Shown: positions 17,463-26,657, numbered from the stretch's first letter. The stretch: DNA of 64,000 nt from Candidatus Heimdallarchaeota archaeon (GCA_019056785.1 DXJV01000087.1:8295-72294), one strand, 5' to 3'. A program made the numbers and translations. Notes: a model not told the origin generated them from the sequence alone.

Positions 17463-18536
17463 ATGAAAACAATAGCAGTAATTGGCTTAGGGAAATGGGG
17501 TAAAAATCATGTTAGGAACATTCAACGTTTGTATGCTGAAGGGTTTTGTGACAGAGTGCTTATCTGTGATCAAGACAAGAATCAATTGAAAAAGATCGGT
17601 GACCTTAACAACATCCCGCTAGAACAAAGGTATGACAATCTTGATGAGATGCTGAAAAAAGAAGAAATTTCTGGAGCAATACTTGCAGTGCCAACAGCAA
17701 TTCATAAGAAGCTTGCCTTGCAAGTATTAGAGCACTGCGACATTTTATGTGAGAAACCTTTAGCACCCACGGTAGAAGATTGCCAAGAAATTAGTGCAAA
17801 AGCCAGAGAATACAACCGCATCATCCAAGTGGGGCATCTCGAGAGATACAATCCTGTTGTGGTAACCTTAAAATCATTGCTGGAAAAGGAACAAACAGAA
17901 GATAAAATCATGCATTTAACTGCTCGTCGAGTGGGGCCCGGACCAAAGAAACTTGATAGCAAGGACCTGGACCCCAACTATTTTGGCTGTGGACATGATT
18001 TCATGGTGCACGATATCGACGTTGTTAATGGGCTATTAAATAAACTCCCCAAAAGAGTACGAGCTACTTCTGCCTATATTAAAAACTTCCCCTATGAAGT
18101 GGAACTTTTTGCCGTCTTTGAATATGAAGGGAAGAAAGAGCTAAATAGCGACCCGATCTTATTCGATGTTCGTGCCACTTGGCGCGCCTATCCAAACCTC
18201 AAACGCCGGAAACTTATCGTTCAAACAACAAAAGACGTTATTACTCTTGACTTTATCCTACAAGAAATTACCAGTGAAAAAGGTTTGGCAGAACATGCAT
18301 TAAGTAATTCCTTCTCGGAATTTATTAGCACATATCGTGCTACAGAGATTACACACCATTATCTGGCTACGGGAAAGGATCAAGAACCCTTATACCTCGA
18401 GGATAAAGACTTTCTCAGTTGCATTGATAGCCGGAAAAAACCTCTCGTTTCTGACATAGAGGGAACCAATGCCGTGAAATGTGTCGTGGCTGCCATAGAA
18501 TCTGCCAAAACAGGAAAAGTAGTGGAAATAAAATAA
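17463..18536 (+). CDS. Gfo/Idh/MocA family NAD(P)-dependent oxidoreductase
   Basis: N-terminal Rossmann IAVIGLGKWGKNH, the conserved CEKPLA motif, and length 357 aa. Confidence 0.8.
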   Translation: MKTIAVIGLGKWGKNHVRNIQRLYAEGFCDRVLICDQDKNQLKKIGDLNNIPLEQRYDNLDEMLKKEEISGAILAVPTAIHKKLALQVLEHCDILCEKPLAPTVEDCQEISAKAREYNRIIQVGHLERYNPVVVTLKSLLEKEQTEDKIMHLTARRVGPGPKKLDSKDLDPNYFGCGHDFMVHDIDVVNGLLNKLPKRVRATSAYIKNFPYEVELFAVFEYEGKKELNSDPILFDVRATWRAYPNLKRRKLIVQTTKDVITLDFILQEITSEKGLAEHALSNSFSEFISTYRATEITHHYLATGKDQEPLYLEDKDFLSCIDSRKKPLVSDIEGTNAVKCVVAAIESAKTGKVVEIK

Positions 18537-18557
18537 AGTGATTCCATCCACTTACTT

Positions 18558-21332
18558 TCATTTTTTGGTTTGCGCAAGAAGTAGTTCCTCAAAGGCTGCT
18601 ATTGCTGCTGTAAGCTGTCCTTTCTTTTTCCCGCTTCCCCGGGCAAAGGTGGGTTTGCCGCCTCCGGAACCACCCATCACTTTTGCAACAGCTTTAATCA
18701 ATGTTGCACTTGAAATTGTTTTTGCAGCAGTTTTTCCGGCACCAATAGCAATGAAAAGGCTCTCTTTTTCAATAAGTAAGATTACAAGGTCAGGGTGCTT
18801 TTCTGTCAGAGTGAAGATTAATTGGCTAAGGTAATCGGTATCTCCTTTGAGGGCTTTTGCGAGGATTTTATAGCGGCCGACCTTTTTAATTGACTTTTCT
18901 AATAACCGGCCTTCTAAAGCAGCTTTCTCCTTCTTTAATTCCAGAATCTCTTTTTTCTGGGCTTTCCATTCATTGAAGAACCGTTTTACAGTGTTAGGAA
19001 GAGCTGCAAGATCAATACCCCAAACATCAAGCGCTTCGTGGATAATTCGATTTCGTCGCTGGATCTCTTTAATGGCTGTTTCACCCGTAACAAACTCCAG
19101 ACGAACAATACCATCCTGAATCCGTTCTGCACCGAGAATAAGAATTGGTCCTACATCACCTGTACGATTCGCGTGCGTTCCTCCACACGCTTCAATATCT
19201 ATATCATCAATTGCTACGATGCGAAGATATTTTCCAGGAACAGCTCCACCTTGATAGATAGTAAAGCCGTATTTTTGCTCTGCAACGTCCCGTGAGAGGA
19301 TCTCCTTTGAGACTGGGATGTTTTGATAAACAATTTCATTTGCTCTTTTCTCGATTTGGGCGATCTGTTCTCGTGTTAAGGAATCATAATGGGTAATATC
19401 GAGTCGAGCTTTTTCCATTGTTTTTTCTGCACCGGCTTGCCAAACGTGTGGTCCCAAGACTTCCCGCGCAGCAGCATTCACAATGTGCGTTCCCGTGTGA
19501 TGGCTCATTAAAATCCTTCGTCGATGAGGATCAACTGTACAGACCACCTTTGTTCGTTTCGTGGGGAGAGGCTGCTCTAAAATGTGCACAACAACTGCAC
19601 CGACCTTTCGAACCTCTTTAATTGCCACGCCATCAATAGTGCCAAGATCGTGGAGTTGGCCACCGGATGTGGGATAAAAGCCGGTTTTTTTCAACACAAC
19701 TAAATTGTCTTTTTGCCAGAGCACTTCCCCGGTAAAGGTCATCATATCATAATCAACAATGGTGTCGGGCAAGTCATCAGGAATAGGAAGTTCTGCTTGG
19801 GTAGCTAATGGCTTTGCAACACTACTTTGTTCATGAATTTCATTTAGTTTACTGTAGAAATCTTCAGGAATGCGGATGATCTTTCCCATTTCTTTGGCCA
19901 CTTCAACAACCATTTCAGGAACAATGCCGTTAGAATCATAAAGTTTCACCAATTCTTCTGTGGAGAGTCCACTTGCAGTTGTTAGTTTCTTCTGGAGGAG
20001 CTTCTTTCCTTTTTCTTTAGTCGTTTTGTATCGGCGATATTCAATATCAATGACTTTCTTGACAGTTTCACCGTGTTTTGTATATACCGGGAATAAATCT
20101 TTAAGATCCTCCATATGCCACGCCATAAGATCATGAATGTCCAAGTCCCAACCATTTTTTGCGAGAATGGACCAAACCCGCCGTAAGAGGAAGCGGAGGT
20201 TATAGCCCCCACCAACATTTGATGGCAATGCTCCGTCTGAGATTGCCCATAAAAGGGAGCGCGTATGATCAATAATTGAATAGACTGCTTTCATTGGTTG
20301 AATTTCGTTTCTGAGCTCTCCAGGGTCCATACCAAGGGTTTTCGCCACTTCTATCCAGACTCGAGCAACATTGGTTTCAGTATAATTTAAGATACCACTG
20401 TATCGCCCATATTTTTTCCAGAATGCCTGATTAGGCTTCAAGCCAAGGGTCTTTAGCACTTTGGGAAGGACCGTATTAAAATTCACTTCATATTGTGTTG
20501 GTGTGCCATTGATAAGCCAGGTTGATCGCCCCAAGCCAGCACCCATATCAATCACTGTCGTTGCCAGCTTTTCATAGGAACCATTAGGGGTAATCTTATA
20601 GGTCATATAAACCTGATTTCCAATTTCCAATCCCCGGATGAAGAATTCAAGTGAACTTCCGAGGTTTCCTCCGCCGAGCCAAGCATCTTCATGATAAACG
20701 ATCTCTTCTGCTTTAACCCCTAAGCCGTTTGTTAAGTAATCATGGATATATTTGATCCCCTCGTCCATGAAATAAATAAACTTCTTAGGTTTGTTAAAAA
20801 CCAGTTCTCCCACCATCACAAAGGAGGTGAAATGCCTTCCAGAGAGCCCGACATTATCAATATCATTAAACCGTAAACAAGGCTGTGGAATAAGGACAGG
20901 GTTTGCAGGTGGGTCAACTTCTCCACTAACAACATGTGGTTGAAAACCATAGACAGAGGCTTGAACAAATTCCGTGTCAGCACGCCACCGGGCAACAATG
21001 GGATACCTAGGAATGACAGTATGGCCATGTTTTTCAAAGATGGGTACCCATGCTTTTGTCCACGTTTCGGTATAGTTAAATCGCTTCTTGGTGGGGGGGT
21101 TATCTATAAAGCCATAGGGTAAAAGGCCGCTTTTAAGGCGACAATCTGGTTCGTCACAATAATCGCGGTCATTTATCGACCAGAAGCTATTCCCACAATG
21201 TTTACAAACATGCCGCGAAAACCCCAATTCTTGTAAAGATTTTACAGGATAGAATTGTTCAGGTTTGCTCTTTGCTTTCTGGCGGATTTCATTTTTCAAT
21301 TGCTTCTCGCTGACCAAGGGAATCACACACAA
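18558..21332 (-). CDS. alaS: Alanine--tRNA ligase (archaeal type)
   Basis: 924 aa. N-terminal zinc-like C-x2-C (CKHCGNSFWS), editing-domain HHTGTHIVN and CGGTHANRTG motifs, and a C-terminal DHHA1-like GGSGGGKPTFA. TTG at 21332; GTG at 21326 is an alternative start. Confidence 0.95.
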   Translation of the reverse strand: MCVIPLVSEKQLKNEIRQKAKSKPEQFYPVKSLQELGFSRHVCKHCGNSFWSINDRDYCDEPDCRLKSGLLPYGFIDNPPTKKRFNYTETWTKAWVPIFEKHGHTVIPRYPIVARWRADTEFVQASVYGFQPHVVSGEVDPPANPVLIPQPCLRFNDIDNVGLSGRHFTSFVMVGELVFNKPKKFIYFMDEGIKYIHDYLTNGLGVKAEEIVYHEDAWLGGGNLGSSLEFFIRGLEIGNQVYMTYKITPNGSYEKLATTVIDMGAGLGRSTWLINGTPTQYEVNFNTVLPKVLKTLGLKPNQAFWKKYGRYSGILNYTETNVARVWIEVAKTLGMDPGELRNEIQPMKAVYSIIDHTRSLLWAISDGALPSNVGGGYNLRFLLRRVWSILAKNGWDLDIHDLMAWHMEDLKDLFPVYTKHGETVKKVIDIEYRRYKTTKEKGKKLLQKKLTTASGLSTEELVKLYDSNGIVPEMVVEVAKEMGKIIRIPEDFYSKLNEIHEQSSVAKPLATQAELPIPDDLPDTIVDYDMMTFTGEVLWQKDNLVVLKKTGFYPTSGGQLHDLGTIDGVAIKEVRKVGAVVVHILEQPLPTKRTKVVCTVDPHRRRILMSHHTGTHIVNAAAREVLGPHVWQAGAEKTMEKARLDITHYDSLTREQIAQIEKRANEIVYQNIPVSKEILSRDVAEQKYGFTIYQGGAVPGKYLRIVAIDDIDIEACGGTHANRTGDVGPILILGAERIQDGIVRLEFVTGETAIKEIQRRNRIIHEALDVWGIDLAALPNTVKRFFNEWKAQKKEILELKKEKAALEGRLLEKSIKKVGRYKILAKALKGDTDYLSQLIFTLTEKHPDLVILLIEKESLFIAIGAGKTAAKTISSATLIKAVAKVMGGSGGGKPTFARGSGKKKGQLTAAIAAFEELLLAQTKK

Positions 21333-21448
21333 TTAAATTCGTTTTCAAGCCATTTTTATGTTAATTTGCTTCTTTACAAGCTTTCTCTTAAAGTTTCTTA
21401 TTGTTTGTTATTAACTATTTCAAACAGATTTAGCAAGTACAACTTAAA

Positions 21449-21505
21449 AGAAAAAGGGGAAAAAAAGCATCTCCGAAGGTAAAATAACTCGGAGACAGTC
21501 GACTG
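21449..21505 (-). terminator. Terminator of the ribosomal-protein operon: palindrome, 7-bp hairpin and T-runs
   Basis: Downstream of the uL15 stop lies ACAGTCGACTGT (21496-21505). Next is TCTCCGA-12 nt-TCGGAGA (21470-21495), then on the - strand GCTTTTTTTCCCCTTTTTC. Confidence 0.55.
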
Positions 21506-21510
21506 TACTA

Positions 21511-21954
21511 TTAAACGGTTTTTGCCACGCCACCGGCTTTCTCGAGTTTGGCTTTTGCCGACTTTGAAAATTCTTCAGCAATAATAGCCATCTTCTTTGC
21601 TTTGCCTTTCCCGAGTACCTTAGTAATGCCGAGTTTTCTGGTATCTACGATAATCTTCCCGCCTTCTTTTGTAGCGATGCCTTGTTTTAAGAGGGAGGGG
21701 AGTTTCTCAGTAAGTTCGCCAATATTGATCGCTTTTGTTGGTTGAGAAGCTCTTGGGGGGCGGACAAAGCCTTTTTTGCCATACGTTCGACCAATCTTTA
21801 TGGAGTGCATCCATTCATGACGGTCGCCACCGGCATTGCCAACACCGCCTCTACTGCCGGCTTTCTTATGTCCCTTCTGAATACCATAGCCGTGGTGCAT
21901 ACTGCCGCGCTGTTTGCGCACTTTTCGTTTAAATCTTTGAACCATTTTTTTCAT
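21511..21954 (-). CDS. rpl15: 50S ribosomal protein uL15
   Basis: RKQRGSMHHGYG...GSRGGVGNAGG; position after uL30 in the conserved string. Confidence 0.9.
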   Translation of the reverse strand: MKKMVQRFKRKVRKQRGSMHHGYGIQKGHKKAGSRGGVGNAGGDRHEWMHSIKIGRTYGKKGFVRPPRASQPTKAINIGELTEKLPSLLKQGIATKEGGKIIVDTRKLGITKVLGKGKAKKMAIIAEEFSKSAKAKLEKAGGVAKTV

Positions 21955-21961
21955 CCCTCTT

Positions 21962-22456
21962 TTACATCATTCGCTCCAGGAGCTCATTAATTGCTGCTCC
22001 CCGGTAGCCCAAGTCACCATGTCTTTGGACAGGATTCTTTACACTTTTAAAACCTTTACGAGGGGGATGCAAACGGAAAAGAGGTTTAAGCCCTTCAATT
22101 CGCCGCATATCAGCTTTTCCTGCCAGAAGAGCAGTCACGAATGCACTTAAACTTTCAAATTTATGTTGTTTCAAGAAGGTTGTTGTTAGTTTTTTATTTC
22201 CACTGATTTTTCCTCGTTTCTTCAGTAATGCTGTGAGAGTCCGCTTGTCAATTTCGCCCCATGTGACTGCATCCTTTACTTTTTGAAGCATGCCACGATG
22301 AGTTGCATCATTAGGCACAACAACAGCATGATTAGGACGAGTTAAGTTCAGCAATTTAAGGGCATGTTTGACATCTTTTGGTTGGTCAACATTGCCTCTG
22401 ATTCGAACGATTGCTAATAAACCAGCGGCATCCTTTTTTGTAGACATTTTTTTCAC
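21962..22456 (-). CDS. rpl30: 50S ribosomal protein uL30
   Basis: LAIVRIRGNVDQPKDVKHALKLLNLTRPNHAVVV is the uL30 signature. Archaeal length of 164 aa. Confidence 0.9.
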   Translation of the reverse strand: MKKMSTKKDAAGLLAIVRIRGNVDQPKDVKHALKLLNLTRPNHAVVVPNDATHRGMLQKVKDAVTWGEIDKRTLTALLKKRGKISGNKKLTTTFLKQHKFESLSAFVTALLAGKADMRRIEGLKPLFRLHPPRKGFKSVKNPVQRHGDLGYRGAAINELLERMM

Positions 22457-22470
22457 ACTCTTTTCAATTA

Positions 22471-23091
22471 TTACCTACCCCAGTCTCTCGGGGTCATAAT
22501 TTTGTACGTTGCTTTCAACGCTTCAAAGGTCGCCTTCGCATAATTTGAAGTTGTTCGTGTCTCGCCAAAGGTCTTTGTCCAGACATCTGTAATGCCTGCT
22601 AACTCAAAGACGATTTTCGCGACATTTCCTGAAGCTAAACCCAAGCCTTTTGGCGCGGGTTTACATATGACCTCGACATTTCCGGTTTTCCCTCTTACTT
22701 TGAAGGGAATGCTATGGGGATCATGGCAGGAACACTCCCAAGAACCACACCCACGTCGTACGGGTGCGAGATTCAGTTTGGCAGCAGTAATCGCCTTTCG
22801 AATGGCAGGACCGATCTCTCGTGTTTTCGCTTCGCCTATACCGATATAGCCATTGCGATTGCCAACTGCAACGCAAGCTTTAAACCGTGACTTTTCACCT
22901 GCATCGGTTTGTCTTTGTACGAGGTTAATATTTATTACTTCATCTTCAAGATTCGGAACGAGGGCATCGATAATTTCTTCCTCACTTATTTTCTTCGATT
23001 GTTGGAAGATTTCATCGATAGATGTTATTTCACCTTTTTTTACCATTCGACCGAGTTTTGTTTTTGGTTTCCATTCACTTAATTCTGCCAT
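22471..23091 (-). CDS. rps5: 30S ribosomal protein uS5
   Basis: dsRBD-like N-domain ([35 protein letters not shown]) plus the S5 C-domain; conserved position. Confidence 0.9.
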   Translation of the reverse strand: MAELSEWKPKTKLGRMVKKGEITSIDEIFQQSKKISEEEIIDALVPNLEDEVININLVQRQTDAGEKSRFKACVAVGNRNGYIGIGEAKTREIGPAIRKAITAAKLNLAPVRRGCGSWECSCHDPHSIPFKVRGKTGNVEVICKPAPKGLGLASGNVAKIVFELAGITDVWTKTFGETRTTSNYAKATFEALKATYKIMTPRDWGR

Positions 23092-23097
23092 TTTTCA

Positions 23098-23420
23098 TCA
23101 CTTTTTAGATTTTGTTCCTGAAGAGCTCTTTTTTGTCGAAGTGGTAGGCTTCTTACCTTTTGTACTGGTGGTTGTTTTACTTACAGTTGATTTCTTAGCG
23201 CCAGTTGATGTAGTACTCTTCTTTTTAGTGGTCGAAGTAGCAGCTTTTTTAGTTGTCGTCGTTGGCTTCTTTTTTGGAGGTGTGGTTTTTGTTGCAGCGG
23301 TGGTCTTTGGCTTTGGCGTGGGTTTCTTTGTTGGAGTTGCTTTCTTCTTTGGTGCAGCTTTCTTTGCTTTGTTTTTCTTATTACGATTTGTAAGATAACT
23401 CTTCATGGTCTTTGAGATGA
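23098..23420 (-). repeat. Low-complexity Lys/Thr/Pro coding tract (uL18 tail)
   Basis: Reiterated AAR-AAR-ACN codon runs. The F/L/V-rich antisense ORF 22853..23398 is its shadow. Confidence 0.8.
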
Positions 23421-24012
23421 AAGCTTCATCAATGGCTTTCTTAGTTGCCTTGAAGTATGTTGGAAGGCTCTCAGGCTTTGCGCCTGTTTTCTTGTAGCCG
23501 GAAAATTGTTGTTGATATTTTTCAGGCTGTTCTTTCTTTAACTTGGCAGCAAAGTCAGCGATAATTTGACCGCTAATTCGCTCTTCGGATGGAAAGATCT
23601 CAGGATCATGAGGGATATTTAAGCCGGCCTGGACTGCGCCACAAAGCATTGCTGCAATTCGGGTATCTTTTCTACAGGAATTAATACCAATATCAAGAAT
23701 GGCATTCTTTATACCAAGAGACAGAGCATATTTTCCTGCGAGATAGCCCGTTAAATAGGCAGCTGGAACGTTGCTGGTCGCACCTTTCCAACCATACTGT
23801 TTAAGATGTTGGGAGGAGGCGGCTGTCAGGATCTTGTCGCCGATAACTTCTGCTTGAACGACACTCACTAAGTGATGCTTGTTAGAGCGTCGTACAACCA
23901 ACCGGGGTAAACCTGATCGTAATAATCGCGCCCTTCTATGGAAGTTCGTTTTCCCACTCCGTCTTCTGCGGAAGGGGACATGATAATGTGCGGATTTTGC
24001 CATTGTTCTCAC
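23098..24012 (-). CDS. rpl18: 50S ribosomal protein uL18 with a ~110-aa Lys/Thr/Pro-rich C-terminal extension
   Basis: The core (residues 1 to ~195) begins HYHVPFRRRRSGKTNFHRR..LRSGLPRLVVRRSNKH, typical of archaeal L18/L5e. Residues ~196-304 are KKxTTT/KKPT low complexity in the same frame. Confidence 0.9.
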   Translation of the reverse strand: MRTMAKSAHYHVPFRRRRSGKTNFHRRARLLRSGLPRLVVRRSNKHHLVSVVQAEVIGDKILTAASSQHLKQYGWKGATSNVPAAYLTGYLAGKYALSLGIKNAILDIGINSCRKDTRIAAMLCGAVQAGLNIPHDPEIFPSEERISGQIIADFAAKLKKEQPEKYQQQFSGYKKTGAKPESLPTYFKATKKAIDEAFISKTMKSYLTNRNKKNKAKKAAPKKKATPTKKPTPKPKTTAATKTTPPKKKPTTTTKKAATSTTKKKSTTSTGAKKSTVSKTTTSTKGKKPTTSTKKSSSGTKSKK

Positions 24013-24533
24013 GAACTCCTCTTAACCTTTTTTGACTTTGCAACACGAAGCTCGCGCATCACGGCTTCGACTTCAGGTAAGCGACGTTTGGACATTCTGT
24101 GATCTTGAATGTACATTCGCAAATAATTTGCAGAGCGAAACATTCCACCTTTTGCTCGGAGATAGAGCAAACGATAAGTTGCTTTATCGATAAAGTTTTT
24201 GTCACGAAGCACTTTTAGATAAGCACGTTGTTTCCGGATGCGATTGATCCAATCGCGTCGGAGGTCTGTTCGTGCGGACTTTCGACCTTTTCGACTGCCA
24301 TGTCCTCTTCGCTGACCTTTAATACGTTTCACATGAAGCTCTCGGGCTCGACTGCGACTGACTCCTTTTATCTTTCTGACTCGAATAGCACCACTATGAA
24401 TTAATGCTCGAATATCTCTTCTAGTAAGTGCCATTTGAACATCATCTGCAGCATCAGGGTCAATGTAGACTCTATTAACGCCTACCCCGAGAATATCAGC
24501 TGCAATATTTCTTTGCGTTTTTAAATCAGTCAT
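24009..24533 (-). CDS. rpl19e: 50S ribosomal protein eL19
   Basis: LKTQRNIAADILGVGVNRVYIDPD...RRGHGSRKGRKSAR; conserved position between eL32 and uL18. Confidence 0.9.
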   Translation of the reverse strand: MTDLKTQRNIAADILGVGVNRVYIDPDAADDVQMALTRRDIRALIHSGAIRVRKIKGVSRSRARELHVKRIKGQRRGHGSRKGRKSARTDLRRDWINRIRKQRAYLKVLRDKNFIDKATYRLLYLRAKGGMFRSANYLRMYIQDHRMSKRRLPEVEAVMRELRVAKSKKVKRSS

Positions 24534-24552
24534 TCTTCTTCATTCCTCTTTG

Positions 24553-25059
24553 TTATTTTTTCTTCTTTGTAGTGGTAGCTTTTTTGGTTGTAGTACCTGT
24601 TGTTGACTTCTTACTAGAAGTGGTCTTTTTTGCGCCGGAGGAAGAACTTTTCTTTGCCGAAGCGCTTTTTGAAGCTGATTTCTTGGCTGTGCTTGTACTC
24701 GTAGCCTTTTTAGTGGTAGATTTTGTTGAGGTGCTTTTCTTTGTGGTCGTGCTAGTAGGCTTCTTTGTAGTGGTAGACTTCTTTGTGGTTGTTGAACTTT
24801 TGGTAGTTGTTGGCTTCTTGGTTGTGGTCTTCTTTGCAGCAGGTTTCTTAGTCGTGGTTGATTTCTTTGCTGTCGGTTTCTTTTTCATGCCAATTTCAGC
24901 TTCAATTCGTTCTAATTCTTCTAATTCTGAAGCCGTTAGACTCGTCGCTGAGGGGCGTTTCTTTCGAGGCTTTTTCGCCTCCGATTTTTTCTTCACGTCG
25001 CTATCTTTCTCTTGCAACAACTCCTCAGAGATTTCTGAGATGGTGGCGAAAGACAATGC
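24553..25059 (-). repeat. Low-complexity Lys/Thr/Ser coding tract (eL32 tail)
   Basis: KKSTTTKKPAAKKTTTKKPTTTKSSTTTKK... The antisense ORF 24572..25162 is a shadow. Confidence 0.8.
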
Positions 25060-25440
25060 TTCTTCCGGTCGGTTTATGATTTTAATACCCAATTCATCGG
25101 CGCGATTTGTAATTGCTACCTTCTTTCTTGTGCCGACAGAAGAGGCAATTCTTGCGACCTGAGTTTTTAGGGTGATCTGCTCGAGTTCATCTGTATTGTG
25201 AATTAATACTTCCTCTTTACCAGTTCGGGTTAGCCCGCGGGTGGCCTTTGGTCCACGAAAACCTACACGAACTATCGTTGGTATTCCGCGCTTGTGGTGG
25301 CGCATGGAATTGTCAATACCAATTGGCTTTCGCCAACTCGTTTTTAAACGTTTATAGCGCCAGCTCTCTTGTCGCCTGAATTTTGGGCGTGATTTTCGGA
25401 TTTTATCACGCTCTCGTAATAATCGCTTGTCAACTGTCAT
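24553..25440 (-). CDS. rpl32e: 50S ribosomal protein eL32 with a ~168-aa Lys/Thr/Ser-rich C-terminal extension
   Basis: From ATG 25438-25440 the sequence reads MTVDKRLLRERDKIRKSRPKFRRQESWRYKRLKTSWRKPIGIDNSMR (eL32 core, ~127 aa). A low-complexity tail follows to residue 295. The track start at 25578 would overlap uL6 and is rejected. Confidence 0.85.
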   Translation of the reverse strand: MTVDKRLLRERDKIRKSRPKFRRQESWRYKRLKTSWRKPIGIDNSMRHHKRGIPTIVRVGFRGPKATRGLTRTGKEEVLIHNTDELEQITLKTQVARIASSVGTRKKVAITNRADELGIKIINRPEEALSFATISEISEELLQEKDSDVKKKSEAKKPRKKRPSATSLTASELEELERIEAEIGMKKKPTAKKSTTTKKPAAKKTTTKKPTTTKSSTTTKKSTTTKKPTSTTTKKSTSTKSTTKKATSTSTAKKSASKSASAKKSSSSGAKKTTSSKKSTTGTTTKKATTTKKKK

Positions 25441-25456
25441 CTTCTTTTTCCAACTC

Positions 25457-26017
25457 CTATTCAATACCAACATGTTGTGCTGAAAGCCAGATACCATCCA
25501 TAAATCTTCGAGGGTCCTTGTGATATTTTCCTCGGAGTTTACAAGCTTCTTGAATGTTCGCGGAGGTTTGACCAACATGTTCTTTATTTATCCCGGTGAT
25601 AATCAATTCATCACCTTCGACCTTGACTTTGACATCATCACCAAAAATCTTTGCAAACCGCGGATGGCGTTGCCCGTACAGATTCTTAATGATTACTTCT
25701 TTGCCTTTCACTTCGACTGTGATGGGAAAGTGGGAATAGACAATGGTTAGACGATAGGTGTATCCTTGGGTTACACCGACAATCATGTTTCTAACATGAG
25801 CTGCAATTGTTCCGAGCATTGCTAATTCTTTCTTTCTAGGAAAGGCAACGGAAATTTTCAGAGTGTTCTTTGTCAGAGAGAGTTTCACAGGTTCGCCTGC
25901 GAAGTCACGTTCGAGGGTTCCTTTCGGACCGGTAACAGTCACTTTCATACCTTTGAGGGAAAGTGTCACCCCTTCTGGTGCTTCTACAGTTCGTTCTGAG
26001 TAGACTGCTTTTGGCAT
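25457..26017 (-). CDS. rpl6: 50S ribosomal protein uL6
   Basis: Two-domain L6 pattern (VTVTGPKGTLERDF...; ITGINKEHVGQTSANI) and conserved position. Confidence 0.9.
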   Translation of the reverse strand: MPKAVYSERTVEAPEGVTLSLKGMKVTVTGPKGTLERDFAGEPVKLSLTKNTLKISVAFPRKKELAMLGTIAAHVRNMIVGVTQGYTYRLTIVYSHFPITVEVKGKEVIIKNLYGQRHPRFAKIFGDDVKVKVEGDELIITGINKEHVGQTSANIQEACKLRGKYHKDPRRFMDGIWLSAQHVGIE

Positions 26018-26034
26018 TCGCTAATCACTCCTAT

Positions 26035-26427
26035 TTAGTAAACATAGGCGAGGAGCCGTCCTCCAATACCTAATGCTTTCGCATCTTCGTGGCTCATCAC
26101 ACCCTTTGGTGTGGAGACGATAAGAATTCCAATATCTCTTGCTGGGAGGAATTTTTCTTCCCAAATCTCGAATTCTTGATGTTTCACAGGAAAGCGGGGC
26201 TTAATGACCGCGCATTTGTTTATCCGCCCTAACAATTGAATTTTGAAGATGCCTGCACGGTCGTCGTCAATAAATTCAAATTCACCAATGTAACCTTTTG
26301 CCATCATTACTTTGATGACAGAGGAGATCAATTTCGAGGCGGGTTTCAAATAAACTTCTCGCTTTCCCAACTTCTCAGCATTTTGGATGCTGTTCATCGC
26401 GTTAGCAAGAGTATCTAATAAAGGCAT
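26035..26427 (-). CDS. rps8: 30S ribosomal protein uS8
   Basis: [22 protein letters not shown]...GGRLLAYVY; typical uS8 termini. Confidence 0.9.
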   Translation of the reverse strand: MPLLDTLANAMNSIQNAEKLGKREVYLKPASKLISSVIKVMMAKGYIGEFEFIDDDRAGIFKIQLLGRINKCAVIKPRFPVKHQEFEIWEEKFLPARDIGILIVSTPKGVMSHEDAKALGIGGRLLAYVY

Positions 26428-26463
26428 GTACCATTCACCTTCTATTCTTTTCGCATGGATGCT

Positions 26464-26646
26464 TTATCCACCATGCCCTCCATAGCGTTTGAAGCCGATA
26501 GTATCTGCGACTTCACGGAAGCAGCGTCGACAGAGGTATAAACCATGACGACGGATGAGCCCAACACGCGTTCCACATCGAGAGCATTGACGCGAACCTT
26601 TACCAAATTTTGCTTCTCTTGGTTTTGTTCCTGAACCTTTAGCCAT
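26464..26646 (-). CDS. rps14: 30S ribosomal protein uS14 (zinc-binding type)
   Basis: 60 aa with [25 protein letters not shown] (C-x2-C ... C-x2-C). The overlapping 26442..26657 ORF is in the wrong frame. Confidence 0.9.
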   Translation of the reverse strand: MAKGSGTKPREAKFGKGSRQCSRCGTRVGLIRRHGLYLCRRCFREVADTIGFKRYGGHGG

Positions 26647-26657
26647 TTCGTTTTCAC

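Noticed and set aside
22853-23398. 181-aa + strand ORF, rich in F, L and V.
   Set aside because: It is the antisense shadow of the Lys/Thr-rich uL18 tail and the uS5 gene. AAR/ACN codons read as YTT/NGT on the other strand, so it is not a gene.
24572-25162. 196-aa + strand ORF (plus 24858..25079).
   Set aside because: Antisense shadow of the eL32 low-complexity tail; composition is pure F/L/V.
25441-25578. N-terminal extension of eL32 (track start at 25578).
   Set aside because: It would overlap the 3' end of uL6 by 122 nt. The conserved eL32 N-terminus begins at the ATG at 25440.
26442-26657. 71-aa - strand ORF overlapping uS14.
   Set aside because: This is the wrong frame. The 60-aa frame (26464..26646) gives the canonical uS14 zinc-ribbon sequence.
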